Shown here in pieces: positions 26,843 to 39,239 of a DNA stretch of 64,000 nucleotides (its first letter is position 1; each line of letters begins with the position of its first letter). The translations under genes and the position numbers were made by a program. Source of the DNA: Eledone cirrhosa (lineage: Eukaryota); NCBI GenBank assembly GCA_964016885.1, contig OZ024740.1, positions 51,894,001 to 51,958,000 of the forward strand. Reading direction: 5' to 3'. The notes under the pieces were generated by a model. That model was not told the DNA's origin, did not search any database, and saw nothing but the letters and a program-made list of their open reading frames with translations.

Positions 26843-29800
26843 TACCGTCAACGCGATCAGTCGCATATTTTGGCGTGGGAGACTATTTATTAAATTTAAG
26901 ATGAATACTATCTTCGACAGTAATGCCACAACTACAGTAATGTTGAATAACTGGTTATTCTTCTAACTATCCCTTCTGAAGACACCTTTTATTCGAATTC
27001 GTAGAGATATCCGACTAAATACATAATTCATTTTACAAGGATTTTCTACCAACAGCATGGTTGAACACAACATCAACAACAAAATTAAGGAAGTATCGAA
27101 GACAACCAACAAGAAAGGTAAACAAACTTTATTCAGTTTTAGCTACAGAACAACCCGAAATTATAAATAGCATTTCTCTTGGAGTTGCGAACTTAATAAT
27201 GATTTATTTAATTGTTATAAAATGGCAACAAACAATCCCTCCATTGTCTATATGAACAGAATGAAGCTACATTGGGACGAAATGCACCCAGAGCTAAATT
27301 ATTTTACAGCGAAACAATTACGCCAACAAACGACGTTTGTTGAACGTAAAAATAAGATAAATCGTATTAATTGTAAGTCCCCCACAACAAACATGGGATC
27401 AACAACACGTGCTACAGGTCGCCATGCTACTAGACTTCCTAGCAGCCAGGTCGAACAGCGCCTTGAAACAACTATGCCTGTAAGAAACTTGATACCACCT
27501 GTACCATCTAAATCTAGCTCGAATGCTGGGGAAAACACTATCGATAATAATAATAATCAAAGAAATAATAATAATAATTAAATAAATTTGACACCACGTG
27601 TACCATTCGAGTCTACCTCGACTGTTGTGGAAAATACTATCGATACTGATAATAATCAAAAGTATAAACAATTGAAAATTTCCCTCAACGAAATCTTCCA
27701 GAGAGAAATTAATTCAAGTATAAATATCTCTCTTGCTGAACGATAATGTTTAATAAAAAAAAAACAAATAATGAAATATTACGTGTTATTGACGAAATAG
27801 GGAATGAATATTTACGACGGATAAAACCTCCAACATTTTGGCAAATCAACGCCTGTTTATATGCCTTAGCAACGACAGTGAAGCATTATCTTGGTGATAG
27901 CAGAGATATTAACAAGAACAAAACACCACCAAAAATACCATCATATATAACTAAAATAGAAAAAAAGATTGCTGACCTACGAAAAAACATAGGATATGTG
28001 ACAATGCTCCTTACATGCAAACAAACACAAAAAAAACCTCACTCCTCACCAACAAAGAGTGAAAAATAAAATAGAGACGATGTTTGATAACAGTAGAACC
28101 AGAACTCTTCAATATAAGCTGATCACCCTCAAACAAGAATTGAGAGCTGTTAGCGAAAAACGCCGATACCTGAAGAAGGTAGATGAGAGAAAAGTGCTTA
28201 ATAAAAGATTCAGACGAAACCAAACATCAGTCTATAGAGATATGAAGAACAAAATAATAAGTGTCACTGAGGCCCCATCCCAGAAAGACAGATTCCTTTT
28301 GGAGAAAAATATGTGGTGAAAAGAAGAATTTCAACCAAGACGCAGTGTGGCTAAGAGAAATCCGAAAGAACTATTGCTCCTACACTACAACAAAAACATA
28401 CGAAATAAGTGAGGGTACCCTTCAGACTGTGATAGGAAAACTTCAAGATAAGAAAACACCAGGAAGAGACATGATTGTCGGCTACTGGTACAAAAAACTG
28501 ATATTCTATAGGAGGTATCTTATTGACCTCTACCAACAAGTTCTTAAGGGAGATACACTTATATCAGAATGGTTGACATTAGCACAAACATTATTGGTCC
28601 CCAAGAACAAAGACACCCACTTGGCAAAAAACTACAGACCCATTGCATGCCAGAACCTGATGTATAAGATGTATACAGCTTGCCTGAACCTATTCCTCCA
28701 AGATCACTGTGAAAATAATAACATCATCACAGATGAACAAGCAGCTGGAAAGAAAGGGGTTTGGGGATGTGCTGAACAACTCCTAATCAACAAAACTGTG
28801 ATGTCGGAGGTGCGACAACTTAGGAGGAATATGGCTACAGTCTGGCTGGACTACAGGAAAGCTTTCGATTTTGTTCCCCACTCTTGGATGATAGAGGCCC
28901 TCCAACTTGCTAAAGTCCCAGACATTATTGTCAGAACCATAGAGAAGCAGTCTTCTTCTTGGGCTACTATCCTAAGGTTAAAGACAGAGAGGGAGGACTC
29001 TATTTTCACTGATAAAATAAAATATCGCAGGGGTATATTTCAGGGGGACAGACTCTTTGTGATATTATTCATCTTGTCATTAAACCCCTTGTCCTTTCTG
29101 CTCAAGAAATGTGAGGGATATATCATTGGCTCACAGGAGGACAGAAATACGAACCTAACCCATAATTTCTTTGTGGACGATCTGAAACTCTATGCCAAGA
29201 ATATGGATGGGATAAAGAAAACTCTTGACCTGGTTACAACGTTATCAAAGGATATAGGAATGGAGTTTGGCCAAGAAAAATGCTCATATATGACTGTAAA
29301 GCGGGGAAAAACCCAATCTAGCAACATTGTCATCAATGGCCTAACTGTTCCACCGATATCTGATGAGGACTGCTACAGATACCTGGGGATAGATGAGAAC
29401 ATATCCTATAATGGTATCTGTAATAAGGAACGCGTAACCAGGGAATACTACACCCGATTAAGGAAGATTTGGTCATCGGAACTCTCTGCGCAAAACAAAA
29501 CAGTGGCTCACAATGTGTTTGCTGTGCCTGTCCTAACACCAACGTTTGGAATACTCAATTGGACGATAGACGAAATCCGAGCAGTTGATGTTGGAACTCG
29601 AAAAATACTAAACAACACCGGAAACTTCCACATCAACAGTGACATAGACCGCCTTTACTTGAAACGTAAGCAGGGAGGCAGAAGCCTAACATCAGTCCAG
29701 ACAGCATTTGAATGTCGCATCATATCCCTCCGACAACATCTACGAACCTCGAAGCGTAGGAGCCCGTCTCTCGAGCCAGTCTATCTGCATGAAACAGATA

Positions 29801-30938
29801 AGATCATGAGAGTTGGGAAAGAACTCCTCGAGAGATATTCCCTGCGTGATAATCAAAAACTCACACCCGGAGAAGTCGCTCAGCAGTATCGCAGTGAATC
29901 CATGGATGAAAAACTGCATCCTTATCAGCAAAAAATCATGCATGAATATGTTGCCAGGAAGCTCCAGAGTGAGAGAAATATAGATAAGGAAAGTAGTCTA
30001 TCTTGGACCAACAACCGCTATATTGGCTCCCACTTTGAAGGATACGCTTTTGCAATCCAAGAACAGGAGATTAACACGAAATACCTGATTCACAAAAGAA
30101 ATAGGGATGCAGGCAAAACACCCAGATGTGATAACAAGTGCAGACTCTGCAGAATTAACATTGAAGATGTCACCCATGTCATCAGCAGCTGTCCAAAGAT
30201 GTCATCGCGGTACTATCTACCTATGAGGCATGATGTAGTGGCCAAAACACTGTACAATGCAGTTCGTAAAAAGGATAGACCCGATAATAAACACATTAAA
30301 ATCTACAGCAATGTGGAAGACATACATAATATGAAAGAGTACTGGTGGAATGTTCCAGTAAAAACCCCAATAAAATGCCGGCATAACAGACCAGATATTA
30401 TGATATGGGACAGGGAGAAGAAAGCATGCACAGTAGTGGAAATTAGCTGCCCAGCAGATGCCAACATAATACCAAAGATTAGCGAAAAGGAGAATATTTA
30501 TGCAGAACTGATGAGAAATCTGCAGATACCCCACCCTGATTACACCTTCAGATTTATGCCAGTGATTATTGGGGCACTGGGATATGTTAGTAACTGCCTC
30601 AATACAAATCTTCTTGAGAAGCTAGGCTTCACAGGAACAGAAAGAACACAACTAGTTAGGAAATTACAAGTACAATCCATTAATGGAACAGTAAAAATAT
30701 GTAAAACATTCCAAAAATTCTGCATCTAATAACTGCTTATACACTTGTACAGAAACAAAGCATATACACATGCACACATACAACTCAAAACATCCACATA
30801 ATAACATCCATATCTGCACATGCATACATATCTACCTAATTGATGTTGTGTACTTCCAATGAGAGAGTCTTGTGTCTATGTTAGAAACCGACTCTCTCTC
30901 TATTGGTAACACTTTGTGAAATTATAAAACCAGAAGAA
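26843..30938 (+). mobile_element. Near full-length R4/Dong-type LINE (RT, CCHC finger, restriction-like endonuclease); N-terminal part frameshifted
   Basis: ORF 28261-30729: KTPGRD, NYRPIAC, WLDYRKAFD, RGIFQGD, FVDDLKLY, YRYLG, CRLC..EDVTHVISSC, RHD, NRPDI..VVEISCP..KE..Y. Upstream pieces at 27222-28319. Flanked by (CATA)n on both sides. Confidence 0.9.
28261..30729 (+). CDS. R4/Dong-type reverse transcriptase / RLE endonuclease ORF (open 822 codons, natural start disrupted)
   Basis: RT motifs, zinc knuckle and PD-(D/E)xK endonuclease motifs in one uninterrupted frame. Confidence 0.75.
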   Translation: MSLRPHPRKTDSFWRKICGEKKNFNQDAVWLREIRKNYCSYTTTKTYEISEGTLQTVIGKLQDKKTPGRDMIVGYWYKKLIFYRRYLIDLYQQVLKGDTLISEWLTLAQTLLVPKNKDTHLAKNYRPIACQNLMYKMYTACLNLFLQDHCENNNIITDEQAAGKKGVWGCAEQLLINKTVMSEVRQLRRNMATVWLDYRKAFDFVPHSWMIEALQLAKVPDIIVRTIEKQSSSWATILRLKTEREDSIFTDKIKYRRGIFQGDRLFVILFILSLNPLSFLLKKCEGYIIGSQEDRNTNLTHNFFVDDLKLYAKNMDGIKKTLDLVTTLSKDIGMEFGQEKCSYMTVKRGKTQSSNIVINGLTVPPISDEDCYRYLGIDENISYNGICNKERVTREYYTRLRKIWSSELSAQNKTVAHNVFAVPVLTPTFGILNWTIDEIRAVDVGTRKILNNTGNFHINSDIDRLYLKRKQGGRSLTSVQTAFECRIISLRQHLRTSKRRSPSLEPVYLHETDKIMRVGKELLERYSLRDNQKLTPGEVAQQYRSESMDEKLHPYQQKIMHEYVARKLQSERNIDKESSLSWTNNRYIGSHFEGYAFAIQEQEINTKYLIHKRNRDAGKTPRCDNKCRLCRINIEDVTHVISSCPKMSSRYYLPMRHDVVAKTLYNAVRKKDRPDNKHIKIYSNVEDIHNMKEYWWNVPVKTPIKCRHNRPDIMIWDREKKACTVVEISCPADANIIPKISEKENIYAELMRNLQIPHPDYTFRFMPVIIGALGYVSNCLNTNLLEKLGFTGTERTQLVRKLQVQSINGTVKICKTFQKFCI

Positions 30939-30954
30939 CATACATACATAATCC

Positions 30955-31643
30955 GCAGAGGTCCATTGCTAATTGTGCGGTGATGTGAAAGGCATAGGTT
31001 CTCCCACTGCAGGGGTTGTGATTCTACATCCTGTTGGTGTTATCGTGACTTACTTGTTCCCTGATCTTCTTGCTGTTGATGGCCATTATTAAGTCCTCTA
31101 ACTTCGGTGTTGTCGGAAATGAGAACTTAACAAGGGTGTGTGGTATCTGTGTATTGGAGGAAAGCATTCATCGAGGGTTCTAAAGGAGGTTCCGGGGATG
31201 TTGGTCCAGACGTGTTTAGACTAGGGGACATTAGACAAAGTCACCCGCCCGTTGCGGGAGTTCTTGTACTTGGTGTGTTCCCTAGTCGTGGTGTTGCTGT
31301 GGTTGAACTGTAGGCGGGTGGAGTTGGCGTTTGGCGTTCGAGTTACCGATCTTGCAGTCCCTCCCATCAGTATAGAAGTGGCTGCGTCCGTTACTCCGAC
31401 TATTGGTTTGGGGGTGACTGTTAGACTCATTCGCTGTGACTGGGGGTGTCGCGGTTGTGATACCTACTCCCATTATTCTTCAGGTGATTCATGTCGGAGA
31501 CGTGGCTGTTATTTTGGCCGGGACAGCAACTCACAACTCCGTTGAGTTCATCGCTGCGACTACTACTACTACTACTACTACTGCTGCTACTACTACTACT
31601 ACTACTACTGCTGCTGCTGCTCCTCCTGCTGCTGCTGCTGCTG

Positions 31644-31691
<48 letters not shown>

Positions 31692-31736
31692 TTGCAGTTG
31701 CTGCAGTTGCTGCTGCTGCGGCTGCTGCTGCTGCTG

Positions 31737-31808
<72 letters not shown>

Positions 31809-32480
31809 TCACCGTTGAGTCCATCATACGTGGGTAGTACTGCTGGCGTTAGTGCCATCACTGTCATTCTTGTTTCCCCACTTATTGTCAGTGGAATAAC
31901 CAATGTTCCTCCAGTCCATTTTGTAGTGTCATCAACGCCACCATGATTTCCATTGGTGCTCTCGCCATTCCTGTTGCCATCGTTAACTCCATTGGTGCGT
32001 AAATGGAAGGTTCTATGGTAGTTTAGTCGTATCCGGTTGTTTGGTAGGGTGCCCTCGTCATGCGCAGTTGTAAGAATGTGATTCCGAGGTGTTGTACATC
32101 ATGAGTCTGGTTTGGCCGCGTTTCAGTTATTATGTCTATTGAATCTATGCCCAATGTAACCTGCCCTGGCTAGAACCTTGTAATATTCGGCATATTGGTT
32201 GAATATCTCGGGGTTGACCGACAGAGGTGATATTCTGTGGGATATGCTTTTGATGGGATTCTAAGGTGGTTAGAATGGTTATTTACATAACGGAGACTTT
32301 CATTTGGCCTGTGATATAATCGGTACAGTCAAGTGTCCAGTTCTAGGGGCCCGTCAAGGAAGTTTGCAGTTTTTGTTGACTGTTCTATCGCCATGTCTAG
32401 TCCTAACTTTATAAAGAAACGCCTCAGCTTTTTACGTTGTCTTTCTAGTTGGTTTTCTTTGTGATTTTGGAAGGTAAAGA
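30955..32480 (-). mobile_element. Decayed Penelope-like element RT/linker fragment
   Basis: Minus-strand peptides KKLRRFFIKLGLDMAIEQSTKTANFLDGPLELDT*LYRLYHRPNE...YVNNHSNH (~32250-32440) and RNGRVTLSNVP*SKHVWTNIPGTSFRTLDECFPPIHRYH (~31140-31260) match PLE RT and thumb-linker consensus. Confidence 0.72.
31559..31808. repeat. Compound (ACT)n/(GCT)n trinucleotide repeat inside the PLE fragment
   Basis: Seen directly. Confidence 0.95.
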
Positions 32481-32552
32481 GAGCGGAGATTATATATCCA
32501 ACACTTTGCCAATCACCTCAAACAGACTCTGTTTTTTTTTTCGTTGAATCAC

Positions 32553-32643
32553 TAAGTCTGACGAGCAGATCGAGGCTGGAGTCGGGTCCATAGCATCTAT
32601 TGGGGATCCTTGAGCCAATCATCTGTGAAACGTACGCTATAGG
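32553..32643 (+). ncRNA. Hammerhead-like motif with long helix II, probably mutated
   Basis: CTGACGA-GCAGAT...ATCTGT-GAAAC-GTAC-GC (U16.1 appears to be C). Antisense to the adjacent PLE RT and followed by AATAAA. Confidence 0.55.
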
Positions 32644-32736
32644 TCGATAATCAATAAAAACATATAAACGAAACTTCATCGCTTTTTCTTAATATATACA
32701 CTCTGTCTGTGCATTGAGTGCTCATATTGGTACCAC

Positions 32737-32794
<58 letters not shown>

Positions 32795-33719
32795 TATATA
32801 TATATATGTATGTATTTTTATGAGAGTAAGAAAGTACATGTATGTTATACATACTCTAGTTCAATTACATGGTTTTGAATTTTAAAATTGCATGTGCTGG
32901 TTTGAGCACCACGAGTCGCTCTTGTTATGGATGCTAGCTGTATTAACATGTAGAAAGAAAAAAGTCTCTTCTTTTCTGTGTATTATATTAGGTATTTACC
33001 TTAAGAAAGTGTTATCATACTTTGTAGTCTGGCACAATTGTTTTCTTCTAAACATTTCAATGAAATGAAATTTGATAGAACGTTGAATTGAGTAAGAATT
33101 TTGACACTTAGATTGAAAATAGAGCTAACATGTTTGTTTGAATCAATTACTTTTAAAGTTTTGAAATGTATATTTTAATGTATTGTCATCTGTAATTTCA
33201 CTAAAGTATATATGGTTCATACTAACATATATTTTCTTCTACTTAAATAGATATACAGATAATAGGTATAGAGTAAATCTAAAATCTTCCACCCCGCTTA
33301 TTGAGGTGATTTGGCTATTATATTTCTGTAATTTATTCACAGAAATTAGATATGTGCAGGAATTGATGCGGTTAACAAAATTATTGTGTAAATAATCACA
33401 TTTCAAGACATGGCTTACACTAAAATTGTCGACTGAGATTTTAATTCAAATAGGTGTGTGTATATGTGTGTATGTGTCTGTATTTATATGTACATGTGTG
33501 TGTATATGTGTGTGTTTATATGTGTGTTTATGTGTGCTTGTACGTGTTTTACAATTTTGAGTTTATATTTGGTCGGCCAACTTTCTGGAGGCAAAACTAT
33601 AAAGAAAAGGAAAATTTCATCGTCCCTTGTGCAGTCATTCATCCTTTGAATCGTAAGAATGTTTTGTAGATTTTCAAGGTTCCAGATATCGCGGCCATCT
33701 GTAGCTTATGAGTTAAGGA

Positions 33720-34265
33720 GCTACGTTATTTCTCCATAAATCCAAGTTCAGTTATACTTTAGTCCAGGTGGGTTAGTATATATCCTGTAGCTCCAATAGT
33801 AATAGATATGAAGCTGAACGTGTATTGGATCTGCAAACTGCTTAGGTATGGTCCATAGGCATTCTCCTTTTCTTACAACATTGACATCGTGTGGGCAACT
33901 GGCTTTTACAACAGAACATGATTCTAATGTGTGGTCCCTAACAACATTATCAGGCCAGTTGTGTTTTAATTTGGTGGTGGTTTTTATTTTTAGGTTCCAC
34001 AAGTATTCCTTCGAACCATCTATCTCAGCATATTCCTCCATATTTTCTTTTTCTTTCGTCTTTCATAGGGAATTCCACATTGTTCTAGTTACCACATCAT
34101 GCCTCATGGAGAGGCAGTAACGAGAAGATGTTCTTTCACAGTGGGAAACAACGTGGCTAACATATTCGGTCTTTGTTTTGCACATTTTCTTTCTCCTGAC
34201 GACTTTCATAATTTGTGCAGGAGGTACTTGAGGAAGATTTCTTGTTCGTGGATTGCATGGTAATA
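33720..34265 (-). mobile_element. R4/Dong LINE endonuclease fragment (decayed)
   Basis: AIHEQEI, MRHDVV, KEYLWNLKIKTTTKLKHNWPDNVV, SCPHDVNV on the minus strand. Confidence 0.8.
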
Positions 34266-34269
34266 TTGC

Positions 34270-34675
34270 GGATCATGATGATCAGGATAATGATGATGTC
34301 TGATGATGGTGATGATGGTGACGACGACAAAGTGACAGTGGTTATTGGTGACCAATGGGGACGAGGATGATGGTGATGAGAGTGATTTGGGGGATGATGT
34401 GTACAATGGATATGGTGGCATTGATGATAGTAATGGTAATAGAGGATGATCAAGATGACAATAGTAATGATTATAATGATGACAATAGTGATGGTGATAT
34501 TGGTGATAGCGATGGTGATGATGGTAATGATGACAATAGTGGTGGTGATATTGGTGATAGCGATGGTGATGATGGTAATGATGACAATAGTGATGATGGG
34601 AACAGTTGTGGGGATAGTGATGATGATAACAATAGTGATAGTGGTATTGGTGATGATTATGGTGATTATGAAGTG
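34270..34675. repeat. Low-complexity (GAT/GGT/GAC)n tract with ~50-bp internal duplications
   Basis: Seen directly. Confidence 0.85.
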
Positions 34676-36101
34676 TAAGTTAAGCATGATTGAGCTGACA
34701 AAAGATTTACCTCTTTAGTTCATTGAAATCTATGACGAGGTTCCTCTTCAGGACAGTCACAGGTTAAGATATCGTACAATTGCTGCGCTTGTGGACCAAA
34801 CGATCATTGTTGTCGAGTCACGAGTCTGGATCTACTTGCCACGACCTGGTCATAGTGAAACTTAGACTGCCCAGGGAGGCGCTGAATGGTAAGAAAGTGC
34901 CAGCCTTGCTGGTCCCTTCTGCAGCTTCCCAGCAGGATAATGGAATTCTGCTGTATTTTGTGGTCTATTGAAGATCGTATTTGAATCACCTTTTCCGGCT
35001 ATCAAGATCCTTGGTGTAACTGTATATCAATTAGCTTGCAGTTTTCATATCCAGAGAAGCTGATTGCAACACCTTTTCTATAGTGCAATTTATTCAAAGA
35101 TAAGGAAGAGGAAACAGAATTTTTTTAACACGCTGACGTGTATGGGTATATGTGTGTGCGTGTGTGTATGTGCATATGCATACATTTATATGTATGAGTA
35201 TATAAATATAAACGTGCAAACACAGACACACTTACAAAAATACAAACTCACAGATATACATTCACACAAATACACATACATTCACACACTGTGTGACGAA
35301 CAGATAGAAGTCGCTCAAATTTATATTTCACTCAAGAATGATAGAAGAGACCTCATTTCAAATTGTTTCTGGGATGACATGATATCCTCATTAAAAAACT
35401 GATAGAATGTCCAAAATAAATGGAAGTGTACAATATACAGTGTAAAATGATGTATGTTGTCAGATTCAACTGCCCACATTTACCTCCCTGTAAGTACCTG
35501 AATTACTGATGCACAGTAGACCGAGTTATGTACATATAGGCTTTATGTTACGTATGTGGTATGTACGGTGTTATATGAAAACTAAATTTTGCTGACCTGC
35601 CTTTTTCCTGGACTGGAGCCACCAGTTGGTGGAGAAACAGTCAAATCATAAGGATCTTGAAATTGAAATAAGCAGTACGTGGAGTATGCACTCGAAAGCA
35701 TATAGTCCAAGTGCTAAATATAATAAAAGAAGAGGAAAAAAACAACATAAACTTACACAGATTAAAAAAAAGTAGCTCACAACCAACACAAACCAATCTC
35801 GATTCAGTTGTAGAAATCGTACAGTACACTGTACAACCAACACAGTCAATTAGTGAAGGATTCGAGTGAGTGGCAGAGATCTTCAGGGTACTGGAAGACT
35901 TTATATAAGCAATGATGTGTTTCTCTGGACTTTTGAATCAAGCATAAATTCTGTAACTAGTTGCAGAATATGGATGCAACATTGTTGATGGTTAAGAAGT
36001 TCGCATCACAATCATTAGATTGTGGGTTCGATCCTCTGCGTGGCATTTTATTGTCTTGGCACAATTGTCAAAACATTTTATCATATTTGCGCGTTTGAGT
36101 T

Positions 36102-36476
36102 CGGCAGTATCGGTAGAGGGTTGGACGCCATGCTTTCTAGCATAGTTACGTCCCTTTACAGTCTGAGTTCAAATCCCGCCGAGGTTCACTTTGCCTTTCA
36201 TCCTTACGGGGTCGATAAAATAAAGTACCAGTAATGTACTGGGTAATTGCTGGCCTTGTGCCTAAAGTAGAAACAATTATTATTATTATTAGGGCGTGTC
36301 GGTAGAGGGCCGGACGCCATGCTTTGCAGCAAAGAGTTACGGCCCTTTATGATCTAGTTCAAATCCCGCCGAGGTTAACTTTGCCTTTCATCCTTACGGG
36401 GTCGATAAAATAAAGTACCAGTAATACACTGGGATAATTGCTGGCCTTGTGCCAAAAGTAGAAACAATTATTATTA
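36102..36476 (+). mobile_element. Tandem pair of SINE family A copies, with a diverged partial copy at 36537-36700
   Basis: Two consecutive near-identical ~185-bp units, each ending AGAAACAATTATTATT. Confidence 0.85.
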
Positions 36477-37791
36477 TACTTAAGGATTTATAAATACTTT
36501 CTTTCAAGTATTTGCAAACAATAACGTCTAGTCTTAAGGCGTCAAACTGGCAGAGTCGTTAAGACGTCGGATGGAATGCTTTACGGTATTCGTTCCACCT
36601 CATTGCGCGCGCTGAGTTCAAATCCCACCGGGGTGAACTTTGCCTTTCATCCTTTCGAGGTCGATAAAAAAAAGTACCAGTCCAGTAGTGGAGTCGATTC
36701 TTCCTCTAAAGAAAAATCGGCTGTGTTCAGACCTGGAGAGGGTTGGGCTCCACCAGGTTTAAATGTGCCCTAGACACGCCCTATGACGGTGCCTCTACGA
36801 CTCCACAAGGAGATATGTAATCTTTATCCTTTTATTTATATATTAGTCTACACGAAAGACGAAGCACAAAAGTAACACCAGAAAAAAATAAAATAAAACA
36901 AAATAAAACAAATCCTACAACAAAACAAAACTGAAGTCGTATACACACACATTGTTACACACACCTCAGGAACACGGGGTACACCTAGGGGTGCAGAAGA
37001 AACGTGTATAAAACTGTTAAAAACATGATAATAAGAAATCTTGATGATAATTAAAACTAAGTTAGTCCGAAGAGATAGGTTGGTGTTTATGAATTTTGCA
37101 GATCTTCCCAATGATAGGAGATTGATAAATTGATGTGGTTGATGTTCATTGTGAACATCTACTAGTCAATATTAATTGGGGAAACGTTACCGGGAAGAGA
37201 TCTGTGTGAATGTGTATGTAGTATCAATACTATTACAGATAAACAATAAAAATAGTATAAATATCTAGGTTGTGCGTAAAACGTTATGGTTTATTGGAAT
37301 CGGAATTCAATGGGGCCTTGTAGTCCTGTTGTATGGCTCTGTTTGCAAACAACATACTTACATTTACTTTCGTTTAACAAAACGAAATAAAAAAAAAAAA
37401 ATGAAAGATCATATAATCATATTGAATTCTTGTGTTGCATGGAAACCTGTAAGGATAATCATTTTATAAATTGCGATTAAAATCTTCCAGAATAAAAACA
37501 GCAATAACAAAAACACAAAGATACAACAGCGAAAAACATAGACGGAAACGACCGTATTTGTATCTTGATAATTAGTATCTCAAATTATAGATTGAAAATC
37601 TTTGTCTTGATACAGCCACTCTTTGTTTTAAGAGTCAACCTAACTCAGTGCAGCGATTAGAATAAAAACGTAAAACGTTGTCTTCTCGAATGAAATTTCC
37701 TTTTGTGGGCTCATGCAAGGCACATGCTAACTGGACTACATGTTTCTTTTCTGATCTGATATTCTCCTTCGCGAAAAGTAAATGAATCATA

Positions 37792-37893
<102 letters not shown>

Positions 37894-38212
37894 TCATTTT
37901 ATTAAGGTTAATTAGTGAGTCTTGCTACTCTGGAGTTTCACCTGTTTATCACATTTCATCAGGCAAAAAAAACACACACACACACACACACATATATATA
38001 TGTATATATGCATATATACATGTATACACACACACACACACTCACACATACACATATATATATATACAGATATATAGATATGTGTATCCCGGATTCAATC
38101 GTGGGTAACCACAGTAAGTATATATAAAAGGTAAACAGAAATCACAAAACAAACGGCACAGTACATGGAAGAAATATATATTAGTTTAACGCTCGAAATA
38201 GTAGCAAGAGAA

Positions 38213-38248
38213 TCGTAACGTTTCGGACACTAGTCTTTCATCAGATGA
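38213..38248 (-). ncRNA. Minimal hammerhead motif, paralog of 2251-2286
   Basis: Reverse complement reads CTGATGAAAGAC-TAGT-GTCCGAAACGTTA, followed by the same ~90-bp tail ending TTTCTGTTTACCTTTT then (TA)n. Confidence 0.6.
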
Positions 38249-38400
38249 TAGAGTTAGAAATAGAAGATAATAGAAAGTAAAGAGTGATAAGAGGAAGGAA
38301 CGGGGAAAATAAGGAAAAAAAAAATGGTGGAGAAAAAATACACACGTCCGTATTCAGTCGGCCCATATAAATTATGCTTTGTTGCTACTCATTTTTACTT

Positions 38401-38650
38401 ACGAGGGGGCTTCAAAAAGTTCGTGGTAAAAGGACAGTTGGAAAAAACGGTGTAAGTTGTGATGTTTATGTTTCAACATATGCTCCATCTAATCATTACA
38501 CTTCTGCAAGCGTTGCCACCAGCCTTTAAGACCATCTGTGTAAAACTGAGGGCCATGCGATTTAAACCATGTCAAAGCAGGGTTTTTTAAAATCTTCAAC
38601 TGATGGAAAATGGGTACCACTCTCTAGCTTTTTCCGTATCAATACTTTTT
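38401..38650 (-). mobile_element. Mariner end fragment
   Basis: TA-CGAGGGGGCTTCAAAAAGTTCGTG terminus typical of mariner TIRs, followed by decayed sequence resembling the transposase C-terminus. Confidence 0.55.
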
Positions 38651-38749
38651 GCAACAGAGTTAATGTCATATGTTTATTTTTTGCTGCATCACCATCGCTT
38701 TCATTACTTGATGGTCACTTAGGGAGAAGGGGTATATTTAAGGGTAAAA

Positions 38750-39235
38750 TACAAGTAAAATAAGGTAATATCAAGCAGTAATATAAGGTAATATCAAGTA
38801 GTAATATAAGGTAATATCAAGTAGTAATATAAGGTAATATAAAGCAGCATAATAAGGTAATATAAGGTAGTTTAATAAGGTAATATAAAGTAGTAATATA
38901 AAGCAGTAATATAAGGTAATATAAAGCAGTATAATAAGGCAATATAAAGTAGTAATATAAGGTAATATATAGTAGCAAAATAAAATAATATAATATAAGG
39001 TAGTATAAAGTAGTAATATAAGATAATATAAGACAGTATAATAAGGTAATATAAAGTAGTAATATAAGGTAATAAAAAATAATATAATAAGGTAATATAA
39101 GGTAGTAATACAAAGTAGTATAATAAGGTAATATAAGGCAGTAATATATGGTAATATAAAGTAGTAATATAAAGTAATATAAAGTAATATAAAGTAATAT
39201 AAAGCAGTAATAATAAGGAAATATAAAATAGTTAT
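38750..39235. repeat. Degenerate 10-13-bp satellite (AAGGTAATATA/AAGTAGTAATATA)n
   Basis: Seen directly; abuts the 3' end of the RTE-X fragment. Confidence 0.9.
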
Positions 39236-39239
39236 ATGT

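Noticed and set aside
25967-26929. 320-aa minus-strand ORF
   Set aside because: Antisense shadow of the RTE fragment on the plus strand.
26968-27012. CTGAAGA...CGAATTCGTA in the R4 5' region as a ribozyme
   Set aside because: The GAAA box and helix II are not intact, and no convincing HDV-like fold could be traced by eye.
31427-31946. Poly-Ser, poly-Thr, poly-Leu and poly-Val ORFs resembling a mucin or membrane protein
   Set aside because: All frames are open only because of the trinucleotide repeat inside a PLE remnant.
34157-34718. Asp-rich and Ile/Thr-rich ORFs
   Set aside because: Low-complexity (GAT)n tract with no supporting domain or clear exon structure.
38750-39235. CRISPR-like array
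   Set aside because: Degenerate short tandem repeat with no unique spacers and no cas genes, in a eukaryotic context.
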